55,042 nucleotides of DNA from a virus: the IMG/VR virus record IMGVR_UViG_3300045988_114880, one strand, 5' to 3'. The notes beneath the pieces are model-generated. The model ran no database searches and was not told the DNA's origin. It was given only the letters and a program-made list of their open reading frames with translations. Each line of letters opens with the position of its first letter. The stretch's first letter is position 1. The translations under genes and the position numbers were made by a program. Of the stretch, positions 25,114 to 32,488 are shown piece by piece.

Positions 25114-25869
25114 ATGAAGCAAAGCAAATTGACTCACGGCTCTCTGTTTAGTGGGATAGAAGGTTTCGGCTTGGGTGCAGCATTTGCTGGAATAAAAACA
25201 CTCTGGAGCTGCGAATATGAAGAGTATCAAGCAAGTATAATCAAAAAAAAATTTGGAGAAGACCATGGAATCAACAGAGATATTAGAACGTATTCAAATC
25301 CAACGTTTGTTGACATCATTAGCGGTGGATTCCCTTGCCAGGACATCAGCGTTGCTGGAAAAGGTGTCGGAATTGTCGGTGAAAGAAGTGGCTTATGGGC
25401 TGAGATGTATCGAGTTATACGGGAAGTTAGACCTAGATACATCATCATTGAAAACAGCCCAATGCTCCTTATTCGGGGATTTGAACGAGTCCTATGCAAC
25501 CTTTCCGAAATCGGGTATGATGCAGAATGGCAATGTTTATCAGGCACCGACTTTGGCATACAACAGGGTCGGGAACGGTTATATTGTATTGCCTACTCCC
25601 GTGAAAACAACAGCTCACGGTGCAGCCAGGGATCGGTATTTCGGAAGCCCTACCTATCGGGGCAACATACAAGAATATATCCGGGATGGAGAACAAGACA
25701 GTCAATACCCGCACCCCGCTTTGCTGGAAAACATAATGAGCTTCCCGATCGGGTGGACAGAACGGAGTGTATAGGTAATGCAGTACAACCTATCATTGCG
25801 CACTATTTATTTGAATGTATTAAAGAATTTGATAGGCAATTAGAGCAAACCGTGGGTGAAAATGAGTAA
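25114..25869 (+). CDS. Small DNA (cytosine-5) methyltransferase (251 aa)
   Basis: LFSGIEGFGLG (I), GGFPCQDISVAGK (IV), IIIENSP (VI), QQGRERLYCIAY (VIII), LPDRVDRTECIGNAVQP (IX-X). Confidence 0.8.
   Translation: MKQSKLTHGSLFSGIEGFGLGAAFAGIKTLWSCEYEEYQASIIKKKFGEDHGINRDIRTYSNPTFVDIISGGFPCQDISVAGKGVGIVGERSGLWAEMYRVIREVRPRYIIIENSPMLLIRGFERVLCNLSEIGYDAEWQCLSGTDFGIQQGRERLYCIAYSRENNSSRCSQGSVFRKPYLSGQHTRIYPGWRTRQSIPAPRFAGKHNELPDRVDRTECIGNAVQPIIAHYLFECIKEFDRQLEQTVGENE
25241..25774 (+). other. 178-codon open +1 frame embedded in the methyltransferase gene, beginning at the A9 tract
   Basis: No stop from 25241 to 25774; translation contains KSGMMQNG, LPTPVKTTAHG and SFPIGWTE, strings resembling C5-methyltransferase TRD and motif IX regions. 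Confidence 0.4.
25243..25251 (+). repeat. Homopolymeric A9 tract (codons KKK of the methyltransferase)
   Basis: tcAAAAAAAAAttt; losing one A moves translation into the embedded frame. Confidence 0.9.
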
Positions 25870-25921
25870 AACAACAATTTATTATCTATTCCTAGTAGTA
25901 ATGTATATGCTGCTAGGGTAG

Positions 25922-26182
25922 ATGGAAAGAAAAGATATGGATAAAGATAAATTTATAAGAGCAATAGAAATAAACAATAAAATAGAGGAATACAAAGATC
26001 ATAAGATGACACTTGAAAATTCTAACATAAAATATGGTGGTGGATTGATATTTACATACAACAGGATGCACAATGATGTACCATTAAAGGAAGAAATTTT
26101 TGGTAAAAATTTCTTTCAGTTATATATGTATGCTTTGGATAGTAAGATAAAAGAATTACAAAAAGAGTTTGACGAATTATGA
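25922..26182 (+). CDS. Hypothetical protein (86 aa)
   Basis: ORF. Confidence 0.55.
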   Translation: MERKDMDKDKFIRAIEINNKIEEYKDHKMTLENSNIKYGGGLIFTYNRMHNDVPLKEEIFGKNFFQLYMYALDSKIKELQKEFDEL

Positions 26183-26535
26183 TAAAGGAAGAAACCAAAC
26201 AGACAGCAGAAGAAGCGGCAAGGGGATATTCCAATGATTGCAGAAACAGGCAGCGTCATTGTGAACCGTACTGCATTGTTGACTTTATTTCTGGCGCACA
26301 ATGGCAGTCAAAGCAATCGCCTTGGATAAGTGTTAAGGAACGGTTGCCGGAAGAAGGACAAAAAGTTTTCGTTTTGACAATGTGTTGTGGTGTTTCACGC
26401 ATTCTAATTGAAAGGTTTTATAAAACAAATGCTTTTGATAAAGATAATAGATGGATTTTTGGAAATAGTATCGTGTTGGCATGGTTTCCTATTCCGTCTT
26501 TTGATGAGATATTAAAGAACAACAATAAAAAATGA
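26179..26535 (+). CDS. DUF551-like protein
   Basis: WISVKERLPEEGQKVFVLT pattern. Confidence 0.5.
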   Translation: MIKEETKQTAEEAARGYSNDCRNRQRHCEPYCIVDFISGAQWQSKQSPWISVKERLPEEGQKVFVLTMCCGVSRILIERFYKTNAFDKDNRWIFGNSIVLAWFPIPSFDEILKNNNKK

Positions 26536-27077
26536 AAGCAATAACCATAAAACAGCCGTGGGCCTCTTTGATAGTCCATGGTATTAAAGACATTGAGAAC
26601 CGTACTTGGAGCTGCCCTAAGAAATACTTAGGGCAGAGGGTACTGATTCATTCAAGCGGTAAACCTTTGAATTATGATAATTTCTATGATTCAATACTTA
26701 CCAATGAGCAGTTATTGGCATTACCGGAAAACAAAGAGTGGAAAGATTTTAGTTTTTGTACAGGCTCCATAATCGGAAGCGTCGAGATAATAGACTGTGT
26801 ACAAAACCATCCTTCCATCTGGGCAGAGAAAGGAGTTTATAACTGGGTACTAGCTAACCCTATTCTCTACGAAAATCCAATTGAGGACGTGAAAGGCAAA
26901 TTATCCTTTTGGGATTATCCCAGTATCAAAGAGGTAAAGATAGAATGTCCGGAATGTGGCAGTATAGAAATAGCTGTTGAGGACTATACAACGGCACCAT
27001 TCCCAACTTATTTGCATAGGTGTAATAAGTGTGAACATGTGATTATAGAAAGTGAGTGGAAGGAGGTAAAACTATGA
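26532..27077 (+). CDS. ASCH-domain protein with a C-terminal zinc ribbon
   Basis: MKAITIKQPWASLIVHGIKDIENRTW; CPECG...CNKCEH. Confidence 0.7.
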   Translation: MKAITIKQPWASLIVHGIKDIENRTWSCPKKYLGQRVLIHSSGKPLNYDNFYDSILTNEQLLALPENKEWKDFSFCTGSIIGSVEIIDCVQNHPSIWAEKGVYNWVLANPILYENPIEDVKGKLSFWDYPSIKEVKIECPECGSIEIAVEDYTTAPFPTYLHRCNKCEHVIIESEWKEVKL

Positions 27078-27190
27078 GAGATTTTTATGAACTGATAAAC
27101 CAATATCCATGGACTACTATTTTTCTTGCTATTTTCATTTATGAAGTGATTAAATGTGTGATGTCTAATTTGAAAAAGAAAAATCCATGA
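27074..27190 (+). CDS. Micro-ORF, 38-aa single-TM peptide
   Basis: ATGA overlap at both ends; hydrophobic TTIFLAIFIYEVI. Confidence 0.35.
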   Translation: MRDFYELINQYPWTTIFLAIFIYEVIKCVMSNLKKKNP

Positions 27191-27288
27191 GCAAACTATA
27201 CAAAGTAACCATTTTCGGGGAATCATTCTTAATCGGGTGGTTCCCTTTTTCTTCACGCTGGTATAACAAGCTAAAGATAATCAAATGA
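27187..27288 (+). CDS. Micro-ORF, 33 aa
   Basis: ATGA overlap at both ends. Confidence 0.3.
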   Translation: MSKLYKVTIFGESFLIGWFPFSSRWYNKLKIIK

Positions 27289-27467
27289 TAGTACGTCATT
27301 TTATAAGAGTTCCGGTTGGAAGTACTGTCTATTGCGACAATCAGCCGGTTAAAATACTAGAGAAAGGATATGCCCTTGCTCTATGTGATGTTAATGGGAA
27401 ACGGGTATATATCACTTGCTATGATTTGGAAAAGAAACCATTCGTCAGCACGAATGGGGAAAAATGA
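27285..27467 (+). CDS. Hypothetical protein (60 aa)
   Basis: ATGA-coupled ORF. Confidence 0.5.
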   Translation: MIVRHFIRVPVGSTVYCDNQPVKILEKGYALALCDVNGKRVYITCYDLEKKPFVSTNGEK

Positions 27468-27557
27468 AAAAGAGCCAACCCACGCACGACCATGAATCAG
27501 CTCTTCCTTACACGATTATGATGCAAATATACTATTTACTTTTAAAATAATCGTGTT

Positions 27558-27995
27558 ATGGAACTGGATTTTAACAAAATAATTCGCCTTAAAAAGATTA
27601 GAATTGAGAAATCAGAACTTTCAGAAGAAGAAAACGCCTTGACCACCCCAATTTTGAAAGACAAAAGCCTTATCCATGAAATCTACAAAATATTCGTTGA
27701 GTTGCTGAATGAGAGAGGATGTCCACCGAATATTGACAGTGTTACCCAGCGGAAGAAGTTCATCTTCATTATCCTGTACCTGTTTTCTCCAAGTTCGCTT
27801 GCCGGTGGGAAAATGACAGCTGGGTTACGCGAAGAGATGTCAAGGGTACTTGGGGTTCAGTCCAAGAGTACAATTTCCGACAACTGCGCTGATGTCGTGT
27901 TTCTCTATCAGAACTATGGGGATTTCAGCGGGGATATAGAGTATCTTTATACCGAAATCGTAAATCGGTTAAGAATCAAAGGGCTAATCAATTAA
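27558..27995 (+). CDS. Hypothetical protein (145 aa)
   Basis: ORF followed by the AGCCGGGG/CTCCGGCT terminator. Confidence 0.6.
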   Translation: MELDFNKIIRLKKIRIEKSELSEEENALTTPILKDKSLIHEIYKIFVELLNERGCPPNIDSVTQRKKFIFIILYLFSPSSLAGGKMTAGLREEMSRVLGVQSKSTISDNCADVVFLYQNYGDFSGDIEYLYTEIVNRLRIKGLIN

Positions 27996-28046
27996 TGAGC
28001 CGGGGCTTAGTGCTCCGGCTTTTGTTATGTGTACACGGTGTTAAAA

Positions 28047-28106
28047 GTAACAAATATGTTATTCCTTTCTTCATCTTTGCTTGTTTTATTGTAACAAATA
28101 TGTTAC
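28047..28106 (+). promoter_or_regulatory. hicAB promoter with two palindromic operators GTAACAAATATGTTA(C/T); the second overlaps the -7 box TACTTTTG
   Basis: Copies at 28047..28062 and 28091..28106; TAnnTTTG match at 28104..28111. Confidence 0.55.
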
Positions 28107-28126
28107 TTTTGTAGTGTCAATTAAAA

Positions 28127-28327
28127 ATGTTCTTTGATTTTATGAAGTATTCAGAGTTTTACAAATTGATTGAATCAGCTGGCTGGACAATCAAAAAGGG
28201 AAAGAAACATTATAAATATGTTCATCCCGACTTTGACTACTTTATTCCTGTTGGCAGACATCAGTCTCAAGAGATACCCAATGGTACTCTTGACAGTATG
28301 TTGAAAAAGGCAGGGTTAAAGAAGTGA
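28127..28327 (+). CDS. hicA: HicA-family mRNA interferase toxin
   Basis: YSEFYKLIESAGW...KKGKKHYKYVHP...IPVGRHQSQEIPNGTLDSMLKKAGL. Confidence 0.8.
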   Translation: MFFDFMKYSEFYKLIESAGWTIKKGKKHYKYVHPDFDYFIPVGRHQSQEIPNGTLDSMLKKAGLKK

Positions 28328-28383
28328 AAGGACTGCACCCACTTCGGTGGGTGCTTTAATTGACGAATTTAAAATACACGATT

Positions 28384-28788
28384 ATGAAGAAGATTAAGGC
28401 AATTATTGAAAAGGCGAATGATGGGGGTATTTCCGTATATTCGGAGGATGTGAACGGAGCGTACGGTTTTGGGCTTACAGAGCAGGAAGCGAAAGATGAT
28501 TTTATGTCCGTACTTGAAGAGCAGGCTGAATATTATAAAGAAAAACATGGAGACTTTCCTGTGTGGTATAAGTCTGGGTATTCTGTTGATTACGTATATG
28601 ATTTAAGCGGATTCTTCGAGGCATTTCCTTTCATAAATGCCAGTAAGTTTGCAAAGGAAATTGGCATGAATGAATCTGTCATGCGGAAATATAAGGGAAA
28701 GATTGTAACTGCTTCCGATAAACAAAGAGCTCTTATACAAGAGAGATATAATAATCTTCTCAGAAGAATGGAAGCTGTCAGATTCTGA
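28384..28788 (+). CDS. hicB: HicB-family antitoxin
   Basis: IEKANDGGISVYSEDVNGAYGFGLTEQEAKDDF (UPF0150/HicB N-domain pattern); directly downstream of hicA. Confidence 0.7.
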   Translation: MKKIKAIIEKANDGGISVYSEDVNGAYGFGLTEQEAKDDFMSVLEEQAEYYKEKHGDFPVWYKSGYSVDYVYDLSGFFEAFPFINASKFAKEIGMNESVMRKYKGKIVTASDKQRALIQERYNNLLRRMEAVRF

Positions 28789-28922
28789 TATTCTAGCCGT
28801 GAGGCTCTGATATAAAATCAAGAACTAATTGACAACAGAAGGCGCATCATTTTGGTGCGCTTTTATTGCTTTTAATGAGGTTATCAATGAGTAAGCCGGA
28901 GTTTAATGCTCTGGCTTTACTT

Positions 28923-29312
28923 TTAATCTTTCACATATTTTTGGTAATACTCTCTTGTATTACTTGTTGGTAAAACAAGTGGAATGGAAAACTTTATTTT
29001 ACTAACACTTTCATTTTGTATTGCATTTTCTGACGAAGTACCAACATTTATAATTTTGGCGATTCCTATTCCTGATTTATTACCTTCTTTTTCGGTAACG
29101 GAAATAGCTATGTCCATCTCTATATTTTGTACTTTGGTCTTTCGGTTATAATATTCATAATGAGATTCATTGTCAATATAATATTCTCCTTTTTCAGATT
29201 GAATATCATCGGGACAAATTAGGACATGTTTATCTTTGTATTTTTCTTGTGTTTCTGAAACAGCATCTATTATTTGACTAAGTGTTTCTTTTATAAAGTC
29301 TTTTAGTTCCAT
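28923..29312 (-). CDS. Hypothetical protein (129 aa), possibly trypco2-like
   Basis: Alternating beta pattern ...VQNIEMDIAISVTEKEGNKSGIGIAKIINVG...SKIKFSIPLVLP; weak recollection-level similarity only. Confidence 0.5.
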   Translation of the reverse strand: MELKDFIKETLSQIIDAVSETQEKYKDKHVLICPDDIQSEKGEYYIDNESHYEYYNRKTKVQNIEMDIAISVTEKEGNKSGIGIAKIINVGTSSENAIQNESVSKIKFSIPLVLPTSNTREYYQKYVKD

Positions 29313-29318
29313 ATTTTT

Positions 29319-29618
29319 TTATTTATAGTATTCTTTCCCTCGTATATTCTTGTGTTCCGGCATATGTGGTTCTCCGTCAAAATGTATTTTACCTCCACAG
29401 TGGGGGCAGGTGATGGTGTTGGCATCATCTTTTATATCCATATCATCAACAAAGAAGTCACCAACCTTGCATCCAATAACATCTGCTATCTTCTGTAATG
29501 TTCCTACTGTTGGATTTCTACTAAGGTTTTGGGCAAGTGTAACCCTTGTTATACCCATTTTTTTTGCAACGGATTCCATTGTGAAGCCTTTCTGCTTGAT
29601 TATTGTCTTTACTTCCAT
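29319..29618 (-). CDS. XRE-family HTH regulator with a C-terminal zinc-ribbon motif
   Basis: FTMESVAKKMGITRVTLAQNLSRNPTVGTLQKIADVIG; CPHCGG. Confidence 0.7.
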   Translation of the reverse strand: MEVKTIIKQKGFTMESVAKKMGITRVTLAQNLSRNPTVGTLQKIADVIGCKVGDFFVDDMDIKDDANTITCPHCGGKIHFDGEPHMPEHKNIRGKEYYK

Positions 29619-29622
29619 GTGT

Positions 29623-29813
29623 GTATGATTTTAATCAGATGCAAATATAGGGGTAAAAATCGAATAAACAAATTAAATCAGCTTGTTTTGATTGAATATA
29701 GTCATTTGTATTAAAATATATTTAGATTATAATCATACTTATGCTGTTTTGTTAATATATGATAATAATCATACAAATAGTATATTTATTTATTGTATGT
29801 ATGATTTTAATCA
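29623..29813. promoter_or_regulatory. Operator cluster in the divergent XRE promoter region
   Basis: GTATGATTTTAATCA at 29623..29637 and 29799..29813; the complementary AATCATAC at 29731..29738 and 29767..29774; palindrome GATTATAATC at 29725..29734. Confidence 0.55.
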
Positions 29814-29865
29814 TTACATTTGCATCATCAGAAACGAAGTAATAACAATTAAAAGATATACGATC

Positions 29866-30114
29866 ATGGCAACAAAGAAGATTGATGAAAAGAAAACATT
29901 GAAGTATGCAGTAGCATTCTACTTCTGTACATCAGGTAAGATAAACTTCATGTTAGGCAATAAAATGTATCAGCATATAAATACTGTTTATGACCAAAGA
30001 GAAGATGGTAGAGGTTTCAATACCTGTGAAGTCGTTTATAATTACAAGGTTCAAAAGTACGAGGTTCTGAATGTAGATACAGAGATAGGTAACAAAGAGA
30101 TTCAAATATTATAA
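29866..30114 (+). CDS. Hypothetical protein (82 aa)
   Basis: ATG preceded by the variant start motif TACGATCATG; the upstream part of ORF 29692 is AT-rich promoter DNA. Confidence 0.5.
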   Translation: MATKKIDEKKTLKYAVAFYFCTSGKINFMLGNKMYQHINTVYDQREDGRGFNTCEVVYNYKVQKYEVLNVDTEIGNKEIQIL

Positions 30115-30156
30115 GTTTAACCAGCAGGGCGTAAGCCCTGCGCAATATAGAAGAAT

Positions 30157-30414
30157 ATGAAAGAAAATATATTTTTAAAAGCAGTTATAGAAAAACCGTT
30201 ATTGAATAATGAACCAGAAGTTTTACACCTTTTCGTTCAAATTATCAATGAAATAACTTCTTGTATGTCAGAAGACGAGTTAAGAGGCTGTATGAACTCT
30301 TTAATAGTAAGATACCCTTATTTTAAACTGTTTTTCGATTATGGTTTCGGACATAATCATATGTGGGTGAAAGCATCAGGTTCTTTAGAAAGATTGATAT
30401 TGGTTGAGTTCTAA
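30157..30414 (+). CDS. Hypothetical protein (85 aa)
   Basis: ORF. Confidence 0.55.
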   Translation: MKENIFLKAVIEKPLLNNEPEVLHLFVQIINEITSCMSEDELRGCMNSLIVRYPYFKLFFDYGFGHNHMWVKASGSLERLILVEF

Positions 30415-30450
30415 TCCGGTAGCCTTATGGCTACCACAATACACACGATT

Positions 30451-30651
30451 ATGAAAGCGGATTTAGTTTTAGTTATCAGCCCTGAAGCCCCACTGATGAA
30501 GCAACTGGGCAAGGTATTGGGTAAGATGGTAACCCCTTATGACTTCTCTACTATAGAGAGGGGTGAAAAGTACATCACCATACAGCATGATGAAACTGGG
30601 CTTGTAGTGGCTTATACGAGTGAAGAAAGATTGAATGTGAAAATGAATTAA
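30451..30651 (+). CDS. Hypothetical protein (66 aa)
   Basis: ATG 30451 carries the ACGATTATG motif. Confidence 0.5.
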   Translation: MKADLVLVISPEAPLMKQLGKVLGKMVTPYDFSTIERGEKYITIQHDETGLVVAYTSEERLNVKMN

Positions 30652-30653
30652 GA

Positions 30654-30794
30654 ATGAAGAATGTATTAGAATCTTTGAAAGAAAGTGTCAAGAGTGGTAA
30701 AATCACAATCAGAGAGGCAGCTATAAAACTGCATAAAGCAGGGTGGACGAGTTTTATAGACGTGGATAAAACGAAACAATTACTTGAATTATGA
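30654..30794 (+). CDS. Micro-ORF (46 aa)
   Basis: ATG 3 nt after the previous stop; ATGA overlap with the next gene. Confidence 0.35.
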   Translation: MKNVLESLKESVKSGKITIREAAIKLHKAGWTSFIDVDKTKQLLEL

Positions 30795-30997
30795 ACTCAA
30801 TAAATGTAAACGGTTGCAGCGTATGTCAACCCGGTAAAGAAAATTACACCACCTACAACACCAGGTTGAGAGGTAAAAGAGTGAGAATGTACCAGTACGA
30901 TTACCGTACTGAAAGTGGTGAACTCTTTGCTTGTTGTGCGCCTACCTTAGAGGCGTGTAGAGAAAGACGGGATAAATGGCTTAGTTCACGACAATAA
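30791..30997 (+). CDS. DUF3873-like Cys-rich protein
   Basis: YQYDYRTESGELFACCAPTLEACRERRDKWL pattern. Confidence 0.5.
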   Translation: MNSINVNGCSVCQPGKENYTTYNTRLRGKRVRMYQYDYRTESGELFACCAPTLEACRERRDKWLSSRQ

Positions 30998-31010
30998 GCC
31001 GATTGTCGTG
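30987..31010 (+). promoter_or_regulatory. Conserved hairpin CACGACAAT-N6-ATTGTCGTG(TAT), copy 1
   Basis: 9-bp perfect stem; near-identical copies at 37278 and 48658. Confidence 0.6.
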
Positions 31011-31068
31011 TATAACGATTGAAGATATTTCGTTATCTTTGGTTGTGGTAGTACCTTTGGGGTACTAT

Positions 31069-31140
31069 CGCGGGGTGTAGCAGTGGTAGCTTTTCACTTT
31101 GACTTGGTGAAGGTCGGTTGTTCGATTCAGCCCCCCGCAA
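31069..31140 (+). tRNA. tRNA-like gene, putative anticodon GAC (Val), with atypical features
   Basis: Acceptor CGCGGGG/CCCCGCA with a C1.A72 mismatch, 3-bp D stem and T arm GGTTG-TTCGATT-CAGCC; anticodon loop TTGACTT (or a 9-nt loop). Confidence 0.5.
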
Positions 31141-31173
31141 CTATTGAGTATTAATTAAAAAAATGACACGATT

Positions 31174-31563
31174 ATGAATGTATTAACATTACAGATTAAA
31201 AAAGATAGTTTTCAATCTATCTTAAAAGGTGAACAAGACATAGAACATAGATATGTTTACCCCTCAAATGTTACAAGATATGTATATTTTGAACACGATG
31301 GCAAAAGATACAAACGGCAAGAAGATATACCAAATGATGATAAGGATGTGGATGTAGTACCAATAAAGTATGACGCTTTGGTTCTTATAAATGGCAGACG
31401 AAAAGATGCGCCACGTCTTACGGTGGAGGTTAAGAGTGCTGAATTTATCATTTTTACAGATGAAGATGGTAACGACCAAGTATTTGAAGAAAACGGCAAA
31501 GAATATCTTGTTTGCCAAGTATGGTATCATTTGGGTAAGATACTTAGTACAGATAATGTTTGA
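31174..31563 (+). CDS. ASCH/PUA-like domain protein
   Basis: LTLQIKKDSFQSILKGEQDIEHR resembles the ASCH N-terminus; ACGATTATG start motif. Confidence 0.45.
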   Translation: MNVLTLQIKKDSFQSILKGEQDIEHRYVYPSNVTRYVYFEHDGKRYKRQEDIPNDDKDVDVVPIKYDALVLINGRRKDAPRLTVEVKSAEFIIFTDEDGNDQVFEENGKEYLVCQVWYHLGKILSTDNV

Positions 31564-31624
31564 TTGTTTAATTTTAAAATTTATTAGCTGAGTCGGTAGT
31601 ACAAGGAGAAGAATTAACAGAACA

Positions 31625-31786
31625 ATGGGACCGCGCCGTAATATGAACGGTGCAGGGGCTGGTGGTAGATTGGTTGCCAGACGTGGCGGTGAAGCTGGTA
31701 CAACGCAGTTAGGAAATAGAGACCAAAGACGGTATGACTTACGTGTTGCCTTTGGGGTTCGTGGAGCAAATGGTTCAAATGGTTAG
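31625..31786 (+). CDS. Possible Gly/Arg-rich small basic protein (53 aa)
   Basis: ATG-to-TAG ORF filling the 31.56-31.79 kb gap; below the ORF-track size cutoff. Confidence 0.3.
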   Translation: MGPRRNMNGAGAGGRLVARRGGEAGTTQLGNRDQRRYDLRVAFGVRGANGSNG

Positions 31787-31789
31787 CCT

Positions 31790-32488
31790 ATGAACAAGTA
31801 TGCCCTTACAATGCAGATAATACGCAGTGTTCGTGATAAAACGGACACTGCTGTGTTGTTTTATTCAGCCGGTGGTAAAGACGGTATAGCTTTATTGGAT
31901 ATGCTTGCAGGTGTATTTGATAAGGTTATATGCTATTATATGTACCTCATACCAAATTTAGACCATGTGCAGCCTTATATCAAATGGGCAGAAAATCATT
32001 ACAAAAATGTAGAAGTACGCAAAATTAGACATTTTCAGCGTGACTATTACGATTTCTGGGGCTTTTTTCGTGAACCAGATAGTTCTATAAAGCCGAGAAA
32101 GATTGGTGAAATAGAACAATTTGTAAGAGAAGAGACAGGCGTCATGTACGGATTCAGCGGAATGAAAGGCGTAGATGGCTATATGAAACGGATGCGCTTA
32201 AAGAAGTTTGCTAAAACCGGCTATGTAACAGATAAAGGCATGGTTTATCCTCTTGCATTGTGGACAAACAAAGAAGTGCTTCAATATATTAGGCAAAGTG
32301 GATTGATACAACCTTTTATCTATGATGCAAACGCTATAAGTCAAGGATTTACTATTGATTTAAATACGATGCTATTAATGCGTAGTAAATATCCCAATGA
32401 TTATAAACGCATTTTGAAAGAGTTCCCATATTCCGAAAAATTAATATTCGATTATGAAAGAGAACAAAATAACTCAACCGGAAAGTAG
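31790..32488 (+). CDS. PAPS-reductase-family (adenine nucleotide alpha-hydrolase) protein
   Basis: VLFYSAGGKDGIALLDML PP-loop motif. Confidence 0.7.
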   Translation: MNKYALTMQIIRSVRDKTDTAVLFYSAGGKDGIALLDMLAGVFDKVICYYMYLIPNLDHVQPYIKWAENHYKNVEVRKIRHFQRDYYDFWGFFREPDSSIKPRKIGEIEQFVREETGVMYGFSGMKGVDGYMKRMRLKKFAKTGYVTDKGMVYPLALWTNKEVLQYIRQSGLIQPFIYDANAISQGFTIDLNTMLLMRSKYPNDYKRILKEFPYSEKLIFDYEREQNNSTGK

